Part shown: positions 58,560 through 64,000 of the stretch, one piece after another | How positions within the stretch are numbered: position 1 is the first letter of the stretch | How the letters are laid out: each line of letters opens with the position of its first letter | Origin: a virus | Taxonomy: Duplodnaviria > Caudoviricetes | Direction: 5' to 3' (one strand) | DNA: 64,000 nucleotides | Virus record (IMG/VR): IMGVR_UViG_3300033120_000574 | Coordinates: 75,129 to 139,128 of that record | Translations under genes and position numbers: made by a program | The notes under the pieces: generated by a model | Told to the model about the DNA's origin: nothing | Seen by the model: the letters and a program-made list of their open reading frames with translations, nothing else | Database searches by the model: none

Positions 58560-59405
58560 TCAACCCTTGTCTGAGTACGTGATGTCGGTAGAAACCAACA
58601 CAACAGTCTTTGTAGGTGCGGCCTTGTAAATCTTACCATTACCCAAGTTAACAGTAAGAATCAAAGAATCGGTCTCATAGGAAGTGTACACTTCACCAGG
58701 AACAATGTGATTAGTAATCACCATGTAGATGTTCTTCTCAGAAGCCTGTTGTGCTGACCTGAAGGTGGAGCCAGCTGGAAGCTTACCGATCTGGTGTACC
58801 TGCGCTTCCTTTGTCTTCTTCTTGATAGAGACAAGTGTATTACCTTCAATCGGAACGAACTTATTGAGTTTTTCAGCCTTCTTCTCAGGCAAAGGCTCCA
58901 ACACAGCTACCTTCCAGTTCTTGGACTCCAATGGAGACATGGCAACGTCATACCCACGTCCATGAACACGAGCAACCAAATAACCCGTGCTCTTACTAAC
59001 TCTGACAATGCGAGCAGTGCGTCCATCAGTCTTGTGTGAGATCGAGTCTCCAACGTTTAGATCTGTGACTGCAAGTTCAATTTGCTTTGGCTTGTTACGA
59101 AGAGTGTTGATCATTTTCTTAACTTCATTAGGTGATACTGAATTATGCATTTGTTCTTGGTCTTTCTTGTTAATAGGGTTGTTTGGGCTGCAATTATAAT
59201 GATAGGTATTTTTCGTCAAAGTATTCCAGACTATGCGAGTGTTTAGACCAAAGTCCTCGTTACACTTGTCACAGACTCCAGGTAACCTTGCGTTAAGTAT
59301 TCTATCGTGCTCAGGTAAAGGAATAAGCTTTCTACGTTCACTTCGTAGCTGAGAATCATAGTTAGCTCTCCTCAAGGCAGTTAGGACTCTAGATTCTAAA
59401 CTCAT
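58560..59405 (-). CDS. Hypothetical protein with Zn-binding motif
   Basis: CDKC...HYNC; 281 aa. Confidence 0.6.
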   Translation of the reverse strand: MSLESRVLTALRRANYDSQLRSERRKLIPLPEHDRILNARLPGVCDKCNEDFGLNTRIVWNTLTKNTYHYNCSPNNPINKKDQEQMHNSVSPNEVKKMINTLRNKPKQIELAVTDLNVGDSISHKTDGRTARIVRVSKSTGYLVARVHGRGYDVAMSPLESKNWKVAVLEPLPEKKAEKLNKFVPIEGNTLVSIKKKTKEAQVHQIGKLPAGSTFRSAQQASEKNIYMVITNHIVPGEVYTSYETDSLILTVNLGNGKIYKAAPTKTVVLVSTDITYSDKG

Positions 59406-59842
59406 CTGTCAACCTTTGGTTACACCACTACCTGTAGTGTATGTCTTTCACTAGTCTCTTTCCTAGATAGATCTGTATCTAGATTAATAAGAGATCTTCT
59501 CTTTGAGATCCAAGCTCTCTTGGTTTCACTCACTCACTCACTACTTAAATCCCATCATTTCACCGTCAGTAGAGATCTAGCGTAATACTCTTAGCTTGTC
59601 AAGTAACAATCGTATTTCGTATATTATAAAGTTGTAGTTAAAATGAGATAAGTACCTGTATTTATTGGGTTTTCTCATTTCAAGTATTACCCTTGACCTG
59701 CTTCCCAAAGTCCCATGTCAAACTACTTCTTTGGTATCGTGATCACATTACGTATAACCATTTGGAAAATTTAAGACAAAAATACTCAAACTTACGCTAT
59801 GTGCAAATAACATGGGAGGGATCCCCCGCCGCTTTTTTGATA

Positions 59843-60211
59843 TTATTCACCTTGGGTGGAAGCGTTTGCTAGAAGGCGCTCAGAGAGCTTCCTAGACCCT
59901 GCTTGAAGCACGTCACCCACAACTAGCAGAGCAGCAGCTGGAAGCAGTCCTAGAGCCCCTGGAGCGCCCGCAATCACTAGTACTGACTGACACAGACCAG
60001 CACCGAAGATGTAAGCACCCAGCAGACGCACGTACGACAGCGCTTGTAGGCGAGAAACAACACAAGCACTAGCTGCGCATAGTGCTACAAGTGCAAGCCC
60101 GCCAAACGCCGCCAGGATGCCACCACCCTCATGTACTGAGAGTGAGGTGATGCCAGCACCTGCGAAGGTTAGCTTATTGGTGACCATAGTTGTTAACGAG
60201 TGCTTTGCCAT
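59843..60211 (-). CDS. Multi-TM membrane protein
   Basis: Probable start MAKHSL; 3-4 hydrophobic helices. Confidence 0.55.
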   Translation of the reverse strand: MAKHSLTTMVTNKLTFAGAGITSLSVHEGGGILAAFGGLALVALCAASACVVSRLQALSYVRLLGAYIFGAGLCQSVLVIAGAPGALGLLPAAALLVVGDVLQAGSRKLSERLLANASTQGE

Positions 60212-60412
60212 TTGGTAGTCTCTTTCTAGGAAGGAGTAATACCGTACACTGGCATGGTGGTTAACCCCAGTCAAACACAAAAAGCTTTTATTAAATCAAA
60301 CAGTATTACCTTTATTTCGTTGGCACGGTTCTTGTTAAAACTATAACAACTCTCTAAGCATACAATCCTAGCAAAACTAGCTTATAGAACTGTTATAGAA
60401 ATCTATAAACGC

Positions 60413-60440
60413 AAAAAGGTACTACCGAAGTAGTACCTTT
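60413..60440. terminator. Intrinsic terminator after the WDL gene array
   Basis: AAAGGTACTAC-CGAA-GTAGTACCTTT; T-run on the minus strand. Confidence 0.8.
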
Positions 60441-60478
60441 ATACAAATTAATTTATTTAATTCTAGCTAACCCCTGAA

Positions 60479-60978
60479 TTACAAATCCCACACCGACTTA
60501 AAGGCTTCCATCTCAATTGGAGGAAGCCTTATCAAAGTACGCAGCAGTTGTATTATCTTCACTGTGAACCACTGGTCTACTAGAAAACTAACAGTGCCTG
60601 TGTCCATATTGATGACGTGCTGCAACTCTACATGTGTACTTGTATCCTGAACGCTTTGTTTGAGTGAAAAGCTAGTGTTTGTAAAGGCTTCCTCTGGTAC
60701 GTAGAAGTCTCCAGCAAACTTTACATTTATTCCTCTAACGCGTCCGTAAATTTCAAACAAATGCTTGTGTCTAGGCATTTGCTTTTTGTTACGCCTATGA
60801 CAGCCTTGTATACATACAAGTGTTCTTCTTGTGTAGATGTTGCCACTTCAGGGTGAAGCAGTTTAATAGGAACTAAAGCATGTGGAGAATACTCACCTTC
60901 TTCAAGGTCTCCTACTTTATGAACTACACGCAAGATAGCTTGGTATGGATGTTCCGGTTTGCTTGATAGTATTGCCAT
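60479..60978 (-). pseudogene. WDL-family member split by a 1-nt frameshift (83 aa + 99 aa ORFs)
   Basis: Combined span 500 nt (about 166 aa, the family size); ends SVWDL. Confidence 0.5.
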
Positions 60979-61049
60979 GATGCACCTTAAGCATGATTAA
61001 CTTTCTAGGGTTTAATTACCTCCAACTAGATTAAAGGTAATACGTTGTT

Positions 61050-61559
61050 TTATAAGTCCCATGGAAATATAGTTTTGTCGGAAAAGTTTTCATCAGGAAC
61101 TTTCTGCAAAGTTCCAACAGGCATTTCAATGACACTTTCTTCGAAAGCATTAAGCAGCAGATCTACTACGTCACAAGTTGCTAGCATGCGGTCTTGAACC
61201 TCAAAGAATTCAGCTTTTGGATCAAGCTGTGTGCCTCTACCAATGTTTGTAACCGTGTGTAACTGAAGTCCAAGAAACGTTAACTGCAAACCAGAGATGC
61301 CTCTCCTACCATCACTCTCAGGGCAAAGCATAATGTTTAAGTACCTTTCCCCCACAAACCACGTTTCCCAAAGCGTAACTTTCTCGAATACAACCACTTT
61401 GTTTGTTTGTACGAAAGGTGTTACCGACCCTGTGATGTAGGTTCTAAGTGTATTGTGAGAAAACAAGCTAACAACTACGTTTGGATCTATAGACCTCCTA
61501 TTGGATTCATAGAATTCCCAAAACTTGTAAATGTCATTTTCAGTAAATTGAAAGCTCAT
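61050..61559 (-). CDS. WDL-family protein
   Basis: MSFQF...IFPWDL*. Confidence 0.7.
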   Translation of the reverse strand: MSFQFTENDIYKFWEFYESNRRSIDPNVVVSLFSHNTLRTYITGSVTPFVQTNKVVVFEKVTLWETWFVGERYLNIMLCPESDGRRGISGLQLTFLGLQLHTVTNIGRGTQLDPKAEFFEVQDRMLATCDVVDLLLNAFEESVIEMPVGTLQKVPDENFSDKTIFPWDL

Positions 61560-62155
61560 AGATCCCAATCAAATGTAGGAGGTTGTGGTTTTGGCAAAGC
61601 CTTTGCTGGTTGCTTCTTAACAAAAGCATCTAGTGGGTCATATACAAAGTCAGAAGACATCTGGACGTCTCCAGCGGCATAAACAGCTACTACGTCATCT
61701 ATGGCCTTCATGATTCCAGACTTCTCAACATAGAAGTTATCCAAGTTAATGTACACAACACTAAGTAAGTCTTCTACTCTATAGCAATAACTACCAACCT
61801 TGAATGCTTCTACATCTGGTCGGAAGGTGTTAACCGTTCCAGACATTGAGAGAGTTTCTAAGCTGCAGAAGTTGGTACCAAACTTAAGTCTTATTACACC
61901 CGTGCCGTCACCTACCGGAAGTAGAAGACTGTACACGCCTGCTTCCTTCATCAAAAGCAACTCAGTAAGCCTAGAATCTCTGTCAGCAGAGGGTGCCCCT
62001 ACACGGTCGTTGTTGCCCACCTGAAGCCTGCTGTATGGCACCATACTGCCAGGACAAGGAATCACAGCACGGTCGTAAGTCGCAGGCTTAAGCGCCCACA
62101 AAACGTCGATTAGAGTGAAGAACGAGTCTGCAGTGTTTTGTAAATTAGTTTTCAT
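61556..62155 (-). CDS. WDL-family protein
   Basis: MKTNL...TFDWDL*. Confidence 0.7.
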   Translation of the reverse strand: MKTNLQNTADSFFTLIDVLWALKPATYDRAVIPCPGSMVPYSRLQVGNNDRVGAPSADRDSRLTELLLMKEAGVYSLLLPVGDGTGVIRLKFGTNFCSLETLSMSGTVNTFRPDVEAFKVGSYCYRVEDLLSVVYINLDNFYVEKSGIMKAIDDVVAVYAAGDVQMSSDFVYDPLDAFVKKQPAKALPKPQPPTFDWDL

Positions 62156-62685
62156 AAATCCCAATCAAACGTAATATTGTTTTCGACTTCTAAAGCTTTA
62201 ACAACTGGGCTAGCAGGGTTAGCTACAACAGAATACCCACTCACAGTCACTTCTTTCACAACAGAGAACAAGATTCGAATCAAGTCCGAAACGCATACGA
62301 ACATTGAAGATCCAGGATAAAGCCTAAACATATGGTCATCTGGAAGTATGCAGACATCAGCAGCTGTAACTGGTTCCCAACCAACACTAGGTTCCCAACG
62401 AATAGTTGTGTAAGTTGTATTTCTCAATGCATCTTGAATTACAAACTCATAGTACCGCCAATGCTTGTTGTTGTATCCATCGACAGTCGTAACCAACGAA
62501 GTGTTTACCAACTGAATAATAATAGGTATGCGGTTACGTGTTACTGAGTCATTCGCATATGAGCTTACATCACACCCATGGTTTTTCCTTTGCTCACCAA
62601 ATGCTTGGTCAAGTGCATAGTTCTCGTAAGAACTCAGCATAGCTAACTTATCGGCGACAAATGGTAAATCAAGTACGCTAATCAT
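62152..62685 (-). CDS. WDL-family protein
   Basis: MISVL...TFDWDL*. Confidence 0.7.
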   Translation of the reverse strand: MISVLDLPFVADKLAMLSSYENYALDQAFGEQRKNHGCDVSSYANDSVTRNRIPIIIQLVNTSLVTTVDGYNNKHWRYYEFVIQDALRNTTYTTIRWEPSVGWEPVTAADVCILPDDHMFRLYPGSSMFVCVSDLIRILFSVVKEVTVSGYSVVANPASPVVKALEVENNITFDWDL

Positions 62686-63203
62686 AGATCCCACACAGAT
62701 TCAATGTTTACTAACTCTTCTACAACCTTAAACGCTTCACGCTTGTATCCGCGAAAGAGAATACGAATGAAGTCGTTAACATCAAACAACAAGCTAGAGC
62801 CTTCATAGATTGGAATCAGCGCATGATGAACGTCCGTATTAACGTTCGACAAGTGTTTGCAAACTTGCCAACCAAGAACACCAAACTGGCCTTCACCATA
62901 AGAATACCCAACACGAGTTACGTTATATCCGGCAGGGTCAGATATCTCAAAGTGATACTCATTCCTATAATACTGATCACCACTGTGATCATACAATACC
63001 TGAGACTCGAACCTAGCTAACCTAATCTTGTGCGTTGTAAATATCTTTCCATCTCCAGAAGTTGCAGTGATTCTAAACCAGCTTAAATCAAACCTATTTT
63101 GTTTCTCTAACCATTCATTCTCTTCTCTTACCAAAGCACTGAAAGAAGCAGCTGGATGATACGGCAAATCCTTTGCAGATAATACTACATCCTTGATACT
63201 CAT
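62682..63203 (-). CDS. WDL-family protein
   Basis: MSIKD...ESVWDL*. Confidence 0.7.
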   Translation of the reverse strand: MSIKDVVLSAKDLPYHPAASFSALVREENEWLEKQNRFDLSWFRITATSGDGKIFTTHKIRLARFESQVLYDHSGDQYYRNEYHFEISDPAGYNVTRVGYSYGEGQFGVLGWQVCKHLSNVNTDVHHALIPIYEGSSLLFDVNDFIRILFRGYKREAFKVVEELVNIESVWDL

Positions 63204-63709
63204 AGATCCCACTCCAAGTTAGATGAAACAACCAAGCTAGGCAGAAAGCTATCAAATAGGATTTTGATCAAGTCAAGAACACAAATACAATGAGCTTCAC
63301 CGCAAGATACCTTAGCCACTATATCCGTGGGCGATAATATAAACCCACCTAATCCAACTCTCTCCGCTGCATACCAACCCACATTACCCTGATAACGATG
63401 CTTAAGCTGAAGAGAGTAGCTACCTAACAAATCCGAGAACAAGTCAAATCTTACCGTCAGTACTTTACCCAACATGTATGTGTCTTCTACACTAAGAGTA
63501 TGCACTTGAACACAAAACTGCTTATACACGTCCTCGTACAGTCCTTCAATTACATAGGTATTCCTCTCACATAGCTTTGCTTTATAGAGCGCGTCCATGC
63601 TAGCAATGTCTAAGTCTTTGAAACACATAAAGGGTGTATAGGGCAAGCTCCACACGTCAATAGCTTTGAATGACATCGTTGGGTAGTTGACCAGCTTCTC
63701 AGTAGACAT
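63200..63709 (-). CDS. WDL-family protein
   Basis: MSTEK...NLEWDL*. Confidence 0.7.
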   Translation of the reverse strand: MSTEKLVNYPTMSFKAIDVWSLPYTPFMCFKDLDIASMDALYKAKLCERNTYVIEGLYEDVYKQFCVQVHTLSVEDTYMLGKVLTVRFDLFSDLLGSYSLQLKHRYQGNVGWYAAERVGLGGFILSPTDIVAKVSCGEAHCICVLDLIKILFDSFLPSLVVSSNLEWDL

Positions 63710-64000
63710 CTAACCGTTATAGCACGCAGTAATACTGCTTCAAGCACTATCGAACGACACTAGCCAACTAGTGATCCCCGCTAGTTTGCGCATATGTGTG
63801 TCCAATCACGTGTAGGTAGGTATCAACTATGCGTATGTACCTATACCTAGAAAATTTTGTAATATATTTTCCAAGGACTAGGTATCAATGTCGAACTGCT
63901 GTATGCACCGTATCAAGTACGCCACCTTTCTAACTTGATACGAGTATCACATCGTAATACTTTCATGTCTAAAAAATTATTAAACAATCAAAAATAAGGA

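Overview
This is a 64 kb segment of a large contractile-tailed phage (myovirus) with SPO1/Twort (Herelleviridae)-like morphogenesis gene order. Almost all genes are on the minus strand, and the standard genetic code fits. From left to right: (1) baseplate, tail, neck and head genes (1-29.1 kb); (2) a block of probable internal head/ejection proteins, including a MuF-kinase fusion, a degenerate topoisomerase IB-like protein and an InPase domain (29.2-37.4 kb); (3) a portal with two inteins; (4) a 5 kb RNA operon (45-50 kb); (5) metabolic genes, including an intein-containing class II ribonucleotide reductase; (6) a tandem paralog family whose members all end in Trp-Asp-Leu (60.5-63.7 kb). The RNA operon holds about 32 tRNAs covering all 20 amino acids, three HNH genes, a permuted tRNA-mimic (Y-RNA-like) and an unexplained structured-RNA array punctuated by boxA-like repeats. 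The most unusual signals are that RNA array, two 'HNH + intact tRNA' cassettes each lying between the halves of a broken tRNA, and the WDL family. No terminase was recognised in the window. All calls come from reading motifs and folding RNA by eye; no searches were run.
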